Part shown: positions 41,046 through 50,427 of the stretch, piece by piece
How positions within the stretch are numbered: the stretch's first letter is position 1
Layout: every line of letters starts with the position of its first letter
NCBI GenBank assembly: GCA_963769025.1
Contig: CAVYKI010000009.1
Coordinates: 576,001 to 640,000, forward strand
Direction: 5' to 3'
From: an uncultured Verrucomicrobiae bacterium
GTDB taxonomy: Bacteria; Verrucomicrobiota; Verrucomicrobiia; Chthoniobacterales; Chthoniobacteraceae
Length of the DNA: 64,000 nucleotides
The notes under the pieces: model-generated
What the model saw: only the letters and a program-made list of their open reading frames with translations
The model's database searches: none
What the model was told of the DNA's origin: nothing
Translations under genes and position numbers: made by a program

Positions 41046-41867
41046 ATGCACTCCAAACGTCTCCTCCCTGCTGCGTTCGCCGCGTCCCTGTTCGCAGCAA
41101 CCCCCCGATCCGAAGCCGCCCTCGCCGGCCTCTGGCGATTCACTGACACCGGTAGTAGCCAGGCGGATTCCTCTGTAAACTCGAACACGGCCACCACAAT
41201 GAACGGAGCGGTCTGGGCATTTGATGCCGCTCGCAACAGCGGCATCATGTCTTTTGATGGCCTCAATGACTTCCTGCAGGCGGCGGATTCACCAAGCCTG
41301 TCCATCACCGGGGACATGAGCATCGCGCTCTGGGTGAACATGACCACTTTGGCCAGCCCCGACCAGTGGCGGGGCTTGGTAGCCAAGGATCCGACAGGCA
41401 GCGGCAATCCCGCCCCTTACCAATTCTGGTTTAACCAAGGGAACAACCTCGGGGCCTTCGGTCGAGGCAACGGCACGGTGTCTGATTTTGCATTCGGCTC
41501 CGCAACTGTCGGCAACATTCCGGTGGCGGGGGTTTGGGAGCACTGGGCCGTGAGCCAGAGCGGCACCACCGCGACGATGTACCGGAATGGCCTCGCCATT
41601 GCGATGACTGACACCACGATTAGCACGACCATTGCCGATGGGGGAGGTCCGCTTATCATCGGTGACCGTCCCGGTGCGCAGGACATGAGTTTCCACGGAC
41701 GGATGGATGATGTGGCCATCTTCAACCAAGCACTCACGCAGGCCGAGATTCAGAGCATCATGGACGGCGACTTCAGTGCCTTCGGTGTGCCCGTGCCCGA
41801 ACCGGGAACTGCGGCCTTCGGGCTCGCACTTGTCGGCGTTGCGTTGCTCCGCCGTCGCAGGAATTGA
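41046..41867 (+). CDS. LamG/concanavalin-like domain protein with PEP-CTERM
   Basis: Signal peptide, MSFDGLNDF, WEHWAV...MYRNG, FHGRMDDVAIFNQALTQAEI and terminal VPEPGTAAFGLALVGVALLRRRR. Confidence 0.9.
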   Translation: MHSKRLLPAAFAASLFAATPRSEAALAGLWRFTDTGSSQADSSVNSNTATTMNGAVWAFDAARNSGIMSFDGLNDFLQAADSPSLSITGDMSIALWVNMTTLASPDQWRGLVAKDPTGSGNPAPYQFWFNQGNNLGAFGRGNGTVSDFAFGSATVGNIPVAGVWEHWAVSQSGTTATMYRNGLAIAMTDTTISTTIADGGGPLIIGDRPGAQDMSFHGRMDDVAIFNQALTQAEIQSIMDGDFSAFGVPVPEPGTAAFGLALVGVALLRRRRN

Positions 41868-41909
41868 AGCAGGCTTCTTCCGGTATGGAGCAGCCGAGGC
41901 TTCTCGTCG

Positions 41910-43487
41910 TCAGCGTCCGTCGTCCGCGAGCCACTTCACCGCTTCCGCGCGATACTCGGAGGAGGTCGGCGGGCGGCGTTGCGCAGACGTGAACTGCGTC
42001 ACCCACGCCACGCCTTTTTCATACAGGCTCCGGTGCGTGTGCCAGATGGGTTGCTTCACACCTTTGTCGTCGATGAGCCAGAAGCCACGGTGGCGACCGT
42101 CGTCAGTGACTTCGTTGTTGTAGAGTTCCCAGTAAAGGATGAGCGGGCAGCCCCACTCGAGGCCGGCGCGAATCACTTCGCGCGAGAGGCGATCCTGCTC
42201 GCCGGGCACGTGCCGGATTGCGGGGAATCCGTATTCGCCGATGAACACGCGCCGGCCCGTGATGCCAGGCTTGGGCGGCAGTTTCGATTCGATGAAACTG
42301 AGCGCCGCCTTCAGCATCGCGGGATCCGCCTGCGTGTCGTAGGCGGAGTAGGAAACGAGATCGACGTTGGTCTTCGGCAGCACTTCGTTCACGAGCGCCG
42401 GGCGGCCGTGCATGGCGAGCTTTACGTGATTGACCTCGGTGTAATGCCACACCGCCACGTCGCGGTGCGGCGTATTCCGTTTCGCATCATCCACGGCGCG
42501 CTGCCGCGCATTGAGCCAGTCCGCCATGCCTTGCACGGCGACGGGCGTCACTTTTGAATCATTCTCCGGCGCGACGCTGCCGCGCAGGAATCCGTCGCCC
42601 TCCCAATGTCCGAGGTAAAACGTCTTGCCGCTGCCGCTGTACGTTTTCAGCAAATGCGCGGCGAGTTCATGCATCTCGCGATACTCGTTCTCCGCATCCG
42701 CCTTTGAAAAACCGTTCCGCCATTTTTGCGCACCGCCGCCGAACGTGTGCGCCCACAGCACGAAATGCGCGAACGGCATATCGAGCACCTTGCGGTGCGA
42801 AGTCTCGTCACGTGCGAGCGAGGCCAGCGATTGAATGTCTGTGCGCACCGCCGGGACGTTGCCGTTCCGGTCGGCGTAGCGCGCTCCGAGATGGAACTTG
42901 ATAACCGTCCCGCCGAGTTCGCGGATCGCATCGGCGGTCTCCACGAGGCGCGGCGCTTTCGTGAACTGATACGATGCCCCGATGGTCTGCGTGCCGATGA
43001 TGTAGTTGAAATGTTGCACTCCGAACTTCGCGCCCGGAATCGTGAAGGCGCCTGGCTCGGGCGTGCGAACCACTCCAGGCCGCGAGCCCCAGATTTTCAG
43101 CAGTTCCACTTCGCCGATTTGCGCCGCTGACTCGCGGATGAGATTGGCGACGTATTGGCCTTCGCAGCGTTTTCCAGCGACGGCCTGCTTCGCCCAGTAA
43201 TCGTTGTGGATGACTTTCCGCCGCTCCAGAACCGCGAGCGCCTGCTCCCGGTTCTGCACGGGCTCGAAAACGCGCGCCAGGTTCACCAGCAACTCCGCCA
43301 CTTTCGCGCCGTCGCACAGCTTCCCTTTTTCCGCATTCTCGATCCAATAATCCGCCGCCGCCGTGACCTTCATGCGCACGAGCATCCCGATTTCGCGGGA
43401 AATATTCGCAGGTGCCGGCGCGGGGTCGGCTGCGGCGCAAATTGGTGGCAGCAGCAGGAGCGCAGCGAGGAAATGGAGCAGTTTCAT
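41910..43487 (-). CDS. Secreted hypothetical protein, possible TIM-barrel glycoside hydrolase with an N-terminal 50-aa tandem repeat
   Basis: Signal peptide MKLLHFLAALLLLPPICAA. GHWEGD, VSYSAYD, VFIGEYG and LYWELYNNE resemble clan GH-A motifs (inference). Confidence 0.65.
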   Translation of the reverse strand: MKLLHFLAALLLLPPICAAADPAPAPANISREIGMLVRMKVTAAADYWIENAEKGKLCDGAKVAELLVNLARVFEPVQNREQALAVLERRKVIHNDYWAKQAVAGKRCEGQYVANLIRESAAQIGEVELLKIWGSRPGVVRTPEPGAFTIPGAKFGVQHFNYIIGTQTIGASYQFTKAPRLVETADAIRELGGTVIKFHLGARYADRNGNVPAVRTDIQSLASLARDETSHRKVLDMPFAHFVLWAHTFGGGAQKWRNGFSKADAENEYREMHELAAHLLKTYSGSGKTFYLGHWEGDGFLRGSVAPENDSKVTPVAVQGMADWLNARQRAVDDAKRNTPHRDVAVWHYTEVNHVKLAMHGRPALVNEVLPKTNVDLVSYSAYDTQADPAMLKAALSFIESKLPPKPGITGRRVFIGEYGFPAIRHVPGEQDRLSREVIRAGLEWGCPLILYWELYNNEVTDDGRHRGFWLIDDKGVKQPIWHTHRSLYEKGVAWVTQFTSAQRRPPTSSEYRAEAVKWLADDGR

Positions 43488-43573
43488 TTTGAACAAGGGG
43501 GGTATGCGGCATGCCAAGGCACACGCAACGGGTCCCTTCTTGCATGTTGTGAGTCGGTGTGCGATAAACGTTT

Positions 43574-45688
43574 ATGAGCTTTCGCTGGCCGTTCGGAAGG
43601 ACCGCTAAGCCGGAAACAAAGGCTTCAACAGTGGAGGAAGTTTCCGGTGACGGTGAAGTATTGCGCGGGGAAGGTGCGGAACGGGATGGCGCATTAGGAC
43701 TGGATGGGAAGGCCTTTCATCCGCACCCGGTTCTTTCGCTCATTCCTCCGAAAATCCTCAAGCGCCTGCTGAATGATTCGGCCTTCATCGAACTGCCAAA
43801 AGGCGACGTGGTCTTCCGTCGGGGCGAACCGTGCGACGCGATTTTTCTGATCATCAGCGGGCGCTGTGAATCCCGCGATCCATCGGGCGCCGTCGAACGA
43901 ATCTCCGGGCCCGGTGACACGATCGGGGAACGTGCATTCCTGAACCGCGAGCCTTACCGCTCCACGGCGGTCGTCTCCACCCACTGCGTCGTGCTGCGCA
44001 TCAGCACGCACGAACTGCTGGAGCTGTTCGAGAAGGACCCGAGTTTTGCGGGGCGTTTCTCCCATGCGCTCGCCGGGCGCTTTCAGGTCGTCGGTGAAAC
44101 GCTGATGCCCAAACGCGTGCAGCGCATCGTTTCCCTCCTGTCCCTTTCGGACCAGGTGGATGACCGCGAAGTCGTGACGCGCCTGGCGGAGGAACTCCGC
44201 ACCATCACCGGGCAGCAGGTCCTCATGGTCCACTTCGGCCCGGGGCACGAGTCGGTCGCGCTCGACGACTGGCCAAAGGTGGGCCGGCACCTCAACGGAA
44301 GCTTCGCATTCAAGCCGCACGTGAAGCAGTCGGCGCGTGGCATCGACGAATTGCGGCTCAACGTCAGCCCGGAATCCGTCGCCGCAAACTCCGTGCCGCC
44401 GATGCTCAGCCACTGCGGCCGGCACTACGATTATGTGATTCTCCATGTCGCCGCCGCGACGCCGATGGGGCCGGCGCTCGAATGCCTGATCCAGTCGGAC
44501 CTCGCCTACGTCGTCGTGCAGCCTGGAAAGCGGACCTTCGAGGATTTCGCGACGCTCATGGACAAGCTGTCGGAACAGGCGCGCGGTGCGAGCGACCACG
44601 TGAAGCCGATCGTGGTCGTGGATGAAAGGCTGGACCGCTCGGAATTCCGCGACTTGATTGCAGGGCTGAATCTCCCGGTGCATTCGTTCGCGCACGGGTT
44701 CCCGGTTCATGGCGCGGGCGGTGATCGCCGGTTCGACCTGCACGTGCGACGCCTCGCCCGCGAAATCGCGCGTTGCCGCATCGGCCTCGCCCTTTCATCC
44801 GGCGGTGCAAAGGGCCTCGCGCACATCGGCGTGATCCAGGTGCTCGAAGAAAATGGGATCGAGGTGGACTGCATCGCCGGTTCGAGCATGGGCGCATATA
44901 TCGGCGGCCTCTGGGCCAACGGCGCCGACGGCGTGCGTCTCGAGGAAATCGCGCGCGAAAACGAAAACCGGTGGGGCCTTCTCTCGCTGTTCGATCCCGT
45001 CCTGCCGCCGCGTCGCGGATTCCTCCGGACCCGGCGCGTCATGGCGCGGCTCCGTCGCTCCATTGGCGACGCGTGGTTCTGCGATCTGGTGCGCCCGCTG
45101 CGCATCACGGCCACGAATCTGGACACGCTTGAGCGCCTCGTCTTTTCGCAGGGCGATGTCGGCAACGCGATCGAGGCGAGCATCGCCATCCCCGGGATCA
45201 TCGTCCCGGTGACGCTCGACGGCGAGACACTCATCGATGGCGGGATCGCGGATCCGTTGCCGGTCGATATCTTGCTGGAGATGGGCATCGAGCGAATCAT
45301 CGCGGTGAACGTCATCCCGCCGCCAGAGCGGCTCCGCGAATGGCACGCGCAAAAATGCATGCCGAGGGACATGGTCGCCGAGGGCCGCGGGCTGGGCACG
45401 ATGTTCAACCGTCACTTGAACTATTTTGCAAAGGGCAACGTCCTCGACACGCTGCTCCAGGCCATCAGCGGCGCGCAGACCCGCGTCGCCGAGACATCGG
45501 GAGAAAAGGCCGACGTCCTCCTGCGTCCGCTCTCCTGCGGGGCGCGATGGCATGATTTTACCAACCCCGGAAAATACATCGCCCTCGGCCGCGAGGCAGC
45601 CGAGGCGCAACTGCCAAAAATGATAGCCCTCGCAAAAGGAACCCCCCATGAAAACATCCCGCTTCCGGCCGTTGCCGGTGTTGCGTAA
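43574..45688 (+). CDS. Cyclic-nucleotide-binding domain plus patatin-like phospholipase
   Basis: CNBD (KGDVVFRRGEPCDAIFLIISG...GPGDTIGERAFL). Patatin motifs SSGGAKG, GSSMG and LIDGG are intact. Confidence 0.9.
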   Translation: MSFRWPFGRTAKPETKASTVEEVSGDGEVLRGEGAERDGALGLDGKAFHPHPVLSLIPPKILKRLLNDSAFIELPKGDVVFRRGEPCDAIFLIISGRCESRDPSGAVERISGPGDTIGERAFLNREPYRSTAVVSTHCVVLRISTHELLELFEKDPSFAGRFSHALAGRFQVVGETLMPKRVQRIVSLLSLSDQVDDREVVTRLAEELRTITGQQVLMVHFGPGHESVALDDWPKVGRHLNGSFAFKPHVKQSARGIDELRLNVSPESVAANSVPPMLSHCGRHYDYVILHVAAATPMGPALECLIQSDLAYVVVQPGKRTFEDFATLMDKLSEQARGASDHVKPIVVVDERLDRSEFRDLIAGLNLPVHSFAHGFPVHGAGGDRRFDLHVRRLAREIARCRIGLALSSGGAKGLAHIGVIQVLEENGIEVDCIAGSSMGAYIGGLWANGADGVRLEEIARENENRWGLLSLFDPVLPPRRGFLRTRRVMARLRRSIGDAWFCDLVRPLRITATNLDTLERLVFSQGDVGNAIEASIAIPGIIVPVTLDGETLIDGGIADPLPVDILLEMGIERIIAVNVIPPPERLREWHAQKCMPRDMVAEGRGLGTMFNRHLNYFAKGNVLDTLLQAISGAQTRVAETSGEKADVLLRPLSCGARWHDFTNPGKYIALGREAAEAQLPKMIALAKGTPHENIPLPAVAGVA

Positions 45689-47141
45689 GTGGCAACTCGG
45701 CCGCCTGCGCGATTATCTCCGCGACACCGTCCTCCCGTTTTCGGCGCATTACTCGTCGATGTTCCGCCGCGAAGGCATCGACCCCGCGCGCCTCGAAACG
45801 GCCGACGATCTCCGGCGCATTCCCTTCACCACCAAGGCCGACTTTTCCGCGACCGCGGGCGAGCCTGATCCGATCCGCGCATTCGTGCTCCAGCCGGACA
45901 AGCGCGTGCTCTCCCGCCGGTTCTCGACGATCGCGAGCGCGCTCTTCCGCGGGCGGCGCGCGGTGGAGAAAAAATTTGAGCACGAGTTCCGGCCGGTATT
46001 TCTCACCAGCACCACCGGGCGCAGTGCCGACCCCGTGCCATTCCTTTTCACCGGGCACGACATCGCGAATCTCAAGCTTGCCGGGCGGCGCATGATGGAA
46101 GTGTGCGCGGCGAATCGCGAGATGCGGATGGTGAACATGTTCCCCTTCGCGCCGCACCTCGCGTTCTGGCTCACTCATTACGCGGGGACGGAATTTGGCG
46201 TGTTTGTCGTATCGACCGGCGGTGGAAAGACGATGGGCACTGAGGGAAACCTGCGCCTCATCCGCAAGATCCGCCCGGATGTGCTCATCGGCATGCCGAC
46301 GTTCATCTACCACGTCATGACCGAGGCGGTGAACGAGAAGATCGAACTCCCGAACCTCAGGAAAATCGTCCTCGCCGGCGAAAAGACACCGGCGGGCATG
46401 CGGAACAAGCTGCGCGAACTTGCCCGCGAGATGGGCGCCCCGAAGGTGGAAGTGCTGCGCACGTATGGATTCACCGAGGCGAAACTCGCGTGGGCGGAGT
46501 GCCCGTACGAGGAGGACGCCGGCAGCGCGGGCTACCACGTCCATCCCGATCAGGCGTTCATCGAGATCGTCGATCCCGCCACCGGCGAGCCGCGTGGCGA
46601 AGGCGAACCCGGCGAGATTGTTTTCACGCCGCTCGACGCACGCGGCAGCGTCGTGCTGCGCTACCGCACGGGTGATGTGATCGATGGCGGCCTGTTTTAC
46701 GAGGCGTGCCCGTTCTGCGGACTCGCGGTGCCGCGGCTGATCGGGGAGATTTCCCGCCGCTCCGATGTGCACGACCTGCACTTCGACAAGCTCAAGGGAA
46801 CGCTCGTCGATTTCAACCAGCTCGAGCACGTCCTCGACAACGCGGCGCACGTCGGCACGTGGCAACTCGAACTCCGCAAGCGCCACGACGACCCCCTGGA
46901 AGTGGACGAACTCGTGCTCCATGTCTCCAAGTCCGACGACTGCGACGAGGAGACGCTGAAAAAGAATCTCATCTCGCACTTCGCCGCGGGAACGGAGATT
47001 CACCCGAACCGCGTGGAGTTTCACACCGAGAACGAAATGCGCGAACTCCAAGGGGTGGGCACGGCGCTGAAGGAAATGCGCGTGGTGGACCATCGCCCGG
47101 CGGCAAACGGCGCGGCCAAACCGGGGGTTCATCATGGCTGA
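45648..47141 (+). CDS. PaaK-like (phenylacetate-CoA ligase family) adenylate-forming enzyme
   Basis: LRRIPFTTKADF, TYGFTEAK, GEIVFTPL and LRYRTGD. The P-loop is divergent (TSTTGRSADP). Confidence 0.82.
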   Translation: MKTSRFRPLPVLRKWQLGRLRDYLRDTVLPFSAHYSSMFRREGIDPARLETADDLRRIPFTTKADFSATAGEPDPIRAFVLQPDKRVLSRRFSTIASALFRGRRAVEKKFEHEFRPVFLTSTTGRSADPVPFLFTGHDIANLKLAGRRMMEVCAANREMRMVNMFPFAPHLAFWLTHYAGTEFGVFVVSTGGGKTMGTEGNLRLIRKIRPDVLIGMPTFIYHVMTEAVNEKIELPNLRKIVLAGEKTPAGMRNKLRELAREMGAPKVEVLRTYGFTEAKLAWAECPYEEDAGSAGYHVHPDQAFIEIVDPATGEPRGEGEPGEIVFTPLDARGSVVLRYRTGDVIDGGLFYEACPFCGLAVPRLIGEISRRSDVHDLHFDKLKGTLVDFNQLEHVLDNAAHVGTWQLELRKRHDDPLEVDELVLHVSKSDDCDEETLKKNLISHFAAGTEIHPNRVEFHTENEMRELQGVGTALKEMRVVDHRPAANGAAKPGVHHG

Positions 47142-48357
47142 TACCCGCCTCGCAATCATCGACGGCCTGCGCACGCCTTTCTGCAAAATGGGGACGGACC
47201 TCGCGGCGCTCCCCGCCGACGAACTCGGACGCATCGCCGTGAGCGCGCTGCTCGCGAAAACAGGCCTCGATCCCACGCTTGTGGACGAAGTCCTCATCGG
47301 CTGCGTGTGCCAGCCGTTCGACGCGGCAAACGTCGCCCGCGTCATCGCCCTGCGCGCCGGCATTCCCGAGTCCGTTCCGGCGGCGACGGTGAACCGCAAC
47401 TGCGCCTCCGGCATGGAATCGATCACCTCTGCCGCCGAGCGAATGGCCGCGGGCCGCGGATCCATTTTCATCGTCGGCGGCGCCGAGAGCATGACGAATG
47501 TGCCGCTGCTCTACCGTCCCGAGGCAGCGCGGAAATTCGGGAAGCTCGCGAAGGCAAAGTCCGCGACCGAGAGTCTCGCCGCGATGGCGCGTTTTCGCGT
47601 CAGCGATTTCCAGCCGCGTGTAGGCCTCCAGATGGGCCTCACCGATCCCGTGTCAGGCCTGAACATGGGCGAGACCGCCGAACTGCTCGCGCGGGAAAAT
47701 GGAATCTCACGCGAGGCGCAGGACGCCTTCGCGCACCACTCGCACGAGCGCGCCGTCGCCGCGGCTGACGCGCTGGCCGGCGAAATCTGCCCCGTCTATG
47801 TGAATGGCACCGCCATCCAGCGCGACAACGGCCCGCGCGCGGACAGTTCGGTCGCCGGGCTCGCGAAGCTGCGGCCCGTCTTCGACAAGTATGGCAGCGT
47901 GACCGCCGGCAATTCCTCGCAGGTCACCGATGGCGCCGTGGCGTTGCTCGTCACGTCCGCAAAGCGCGCGAGCGAACTCGGCCTCAAGCCGCTCGGTTTC
48001 CTCGCCCACTACGCCTACACCGGATGCGATCCCGCGCGCATGGGCCTCGGCCCCGTGAGCGCCATCGAGAAGGCATCCAAGCATGCCGGGTTGAAAACTG
48101 ACGATGCCGACATCGTCGAAATCAACGAGGCATTCGCCGCGCAGGTCCTCGCGGTGCTCCAGCGCGTCGAGGTGCCGGCGGAAAAGCTGAACGTCAACGG
48201 CGGCGCAATCGCGCTCGGCCACCCGGTCGGCGCGACCGGCGCGCGGCTCGTCCTCACTGCGCTGCGCGAACTCCAGCGCCGCGGCGGCCATCGCGCGCTG
48301 GTGTCCCTGTGTGTCGGCGGCGGGCAGGGCGCCGCGCTTTGGCTGGAGAGGACCTGA
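47134..48357 (+). CDS. fadA: Acetyl-CoA C-acyltransferase (3-ketoacyl-CoA thiolase, FadA/FadI type)
   Basis: NRNCASG, EINEAFA, GHPVGATG and LCVGGG, so all catalytic residues are present. Confidence 0.9.
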   Translation: MADTRLAIIDGLRTPFCKMGTDLAALPADELGRIAVSALLAKTGLDPTLVDEVLIGCVCQPFDAANVARVIALRAGIPESVPAATVNRNCASGMESITSAAERMAAGRGSIFIVGGAESMTNVPLLYRPEAARKFGKLAKAKSATESLAAMARFRVSDFQPRVGLQMGLTDPVSGLNMGETAELLARENGISREAQDAFAHHSHERAVAAADALAGEICPVYVNGTAIQRDNGPRADSSVAGLAKLRPVFDKYGSVTAGNSSQVTDGAVALLVTSAKRASELGLKPLGFLAHYAYTGCDPARMGLGPVSAIEKASKHAGLKTDDADIVEINEAFAAQVLAVLQRVEVPAEKLNVNGGAIALGHPVGATGARLVLTALRELQRRGGHRALVSLCVGGGQGAALWLERT

Positions 48358-48360
48358 ATC

Positions 48361-50427
48361 ATGCAAACAATCGACCGCACCATCCTCGGCGACGGCACCT
48401 GCGTCCTCACATTCGACCGCCCGGATTCCCCGGTGAACATCTTCGATGTGCCGACGCTCAAGGAACTGGACGCGCATCTCGGCAACCTCGCCGACGTGCG
48501 GACGCTCATTCTCACGAGCGCGAAGAAGTCCGTCTTCGTCGCCGGCGCGGACATCCATCTTTTTCAAAAGATGAGCATGGAGGAGCTGACCGCCTTCGTT
48601 GATATCGGGCAGGCCGTCTTCAACCGACTCGCTGCGCTGCCGATTCCCACGGTGGCCGCGATCCACGGCGCCGCTGTCGGCGGCGGCTACGAACTGGCGC
48701 TCGCGTGCGACTGGCGCGTCGCATCGCCGGACGCGGCGACAAAGATCGGCCTGCCGGAAACGAAGCTCGGGCTCATCCCCGCGTGGGGCGGCTCCACGCG
48801 CCTGCCGCGGCTCATCGGCGTGCCCGGTGCGCTGGATGTGATCCTCGGCGGCAAGACCGTCTCCGCCCGCCACGCGCTGAAGCTCGGGATGATCGACGAG
48901 GTCGCGCCGCGCGATGCGCTCATCAAGGCCGCGATGATCCTCGCGGAAAAAGGAAAGCATCCGCGCAGCCTCACGCATTCCGCGCCGGTGAACGCGGCGG
49001 TCTCCGCCGTCGTCGCGCACAAGGCCAGGGCCGACGTCCGGCGGCGGACGCGCGGCAATTACCCCGCCGTGGACAAGGCGCTCGACGTGATCCTGCACGG
49101 CTCCGGCGCATGGGACGAGGCGACATCGTTCGCGCGCGAGCGCGCGGCGATCCTCGAGCTCGCCGGCCTCGAAGCGACCCGGAATCTGATCCGCATTTTC
49201 TTCCTGCAGGAGCATGCGAAAAAATCCTCCGCACCAGCCGGTCCGAAGGTTGAGCACGCCGCCGTGATCGGCGCCGGAGTGATGGGAGCAGGCATCGCGC
49301 AATGGCTGGGCACACGCGGGCTGCGGGTCGTGTTGCGCGACGTGGATGCGGCGCGCGTCGCTGCCGGCATGGCTGGCATCGCCAAGCTTTTCTCCGACGG
49401 CGTGCGGGCCCGCGCGCTCACCGAGCACGAGGCGCGCACGGCGCTGGATCGCATCACGCCCGCCGCCGCGGAGGTTCCGCTGCAGGGCACGGAAATCATC
49501 ATTGAGGCAGCCGTCGAGAAGATGGCTGTGAAGAAAACGATCTTCCAGCGGCTCGACGAACTCGTGTCGAAGGACGCCATCCTCGCGACGAACACCTCCG
49601 CACTGTCCATCACGGAGCTTGCCGCGGCGACGCGCCATCCCGAGCGCGTGGTCGGCATCCATTTTTTCAATCCGGTCCACAAGATGCAGCTCGTCGAAGT
49701 GGTCACCGGCGATGCGACCGCGCCGGAGGTCGCGCAGCGCGCGGTGCAATTCGTCCAGCGGATCGGCAAACTACCGGTGGTCGTGCGCGATCGCCCGGGC
49801 TTCCTCGTGAATCGCATCCTCCTGCCGTACCTCGTCGAGGCGGGCGACCTGTTTGCGGCCGGTGCCGACCCCCTCGCGATCGACGAGGTGATGCTCGATT
49901 TCGGAATGCCCATGGGGCCGCTGCGCCTCGCGGACGAGGTCGGCATCGACATCGCCGCCGACGTCGCCGCCACGCTTGCCGCAGCGTTTCCGAAGCGGAT
50001 GCACGCGCCGGCGATCCTCGGCAAAATGATCGGCGCGAACCTGCTGGGCAGGAAATGCGGCGCCGGGTTCTACCGTCACGTGCGTGGCGATGAACCGGTC
50101 GTGAACCCCGACGCGATCGCATTGCGTCCCTCGGGCGCGACGCCCGAAAGACTCGGCGAACGGCTGGCGCTGCTCATGGTCAATGAAGCCGCCGCGTGTC
50201 TCGGCGAATCGGTCGCCGCGAGCGCTGGCGACGTCGATCTCGCGATGGTGATGGGCACCGGCTGGGCACCCTTCCGCGGCGGCCCGCTGCGATATGCGGA
50301 TTCGCTCGGCGCGCGGCATGTCTTCGATGCCCTCTCGCAGCTCGCAGAAACCGCAGGACCGCACTACGCGCCATGCGCATTGATCGCGGAGTTGGCAAAG
50401 ACCGGAGGCCGCTTTCATGAAAACTGA
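48361..50427 (+). CDS. fadB: Fatty-acid oxidation multifunctional enzyme (enoyl-CoA hydratase / 3-hydroxyacyl-CoA dehydrogenase, FadB/FadJ type)
   Basis: AGADI, GGGYELALAC and GLPETKLG in the hydratase part. GAGVMGAGIA, ATNTSAL, HFFNP and GFLVNR in the dehydrogenase part. Confidence 0.9.
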   Translation: MQTIDRTILGDGTCVLTFDRPDSPVNIFDVPTLKELDAHLGNLADVRTLILTSAKKSVFVAGADIHLFQKMSMEELTAFVDIGQAVFNRLAALPIPTVAAIHGAAVGGGYELALACDWRVASPDAATKIGLPETKLGLIPAWGGSTRLPRLIGVPGALDVILGGKTVSARHALKLGMIDEVAPRDALIKAAMILAEKGKHPRSLTHSAPVNAAVSAVVAHKARADVRRRTRGNYPAVDKALDVILHGSGAWDEATSFARERAAILELAGLEATRNLIRIFFLQEHAKKSSAPAGPKVEHAAVIGAGVMGAGIAQWLGTRGLRVVLRDVDAARVAAGMAGIAKLFSDGVRARALTEHEARTALDRITPAAAEVPLQGTEIIIEAAVEKMAVKKTIFQRLDELVSKDAILATNTSALSITELAAATRHPERVVGIHFFNPVHKMQLVEVVTGDATAPEVAQRAVQFVQRIGKLPVVVRDRPGFLVNRILLPYLVEAGDLFAAGADPLAIDEVMLDFGMPMGPLRLADEVGIDIAADVAATLAAAFPKRMHAPAILGKMIGANLLGRKCGAGFYRHVRGDEPVVNPDAIALRPSGATPERLGERLALLMVNEAAACLGESVAASAGDVDLAMVMGTGWAPFRGGPLRYADSLGARHVFDALSQLAETAGPHYAPCALIAELAKTGGRFHEN

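Noticed and set aside
43574..45688. Patatin as a CBASS/CapV anti-phage effector
   Set aside because: No CD-NTase, cyclase or other defence gene nearby. The context is fatty-acid catabolism.
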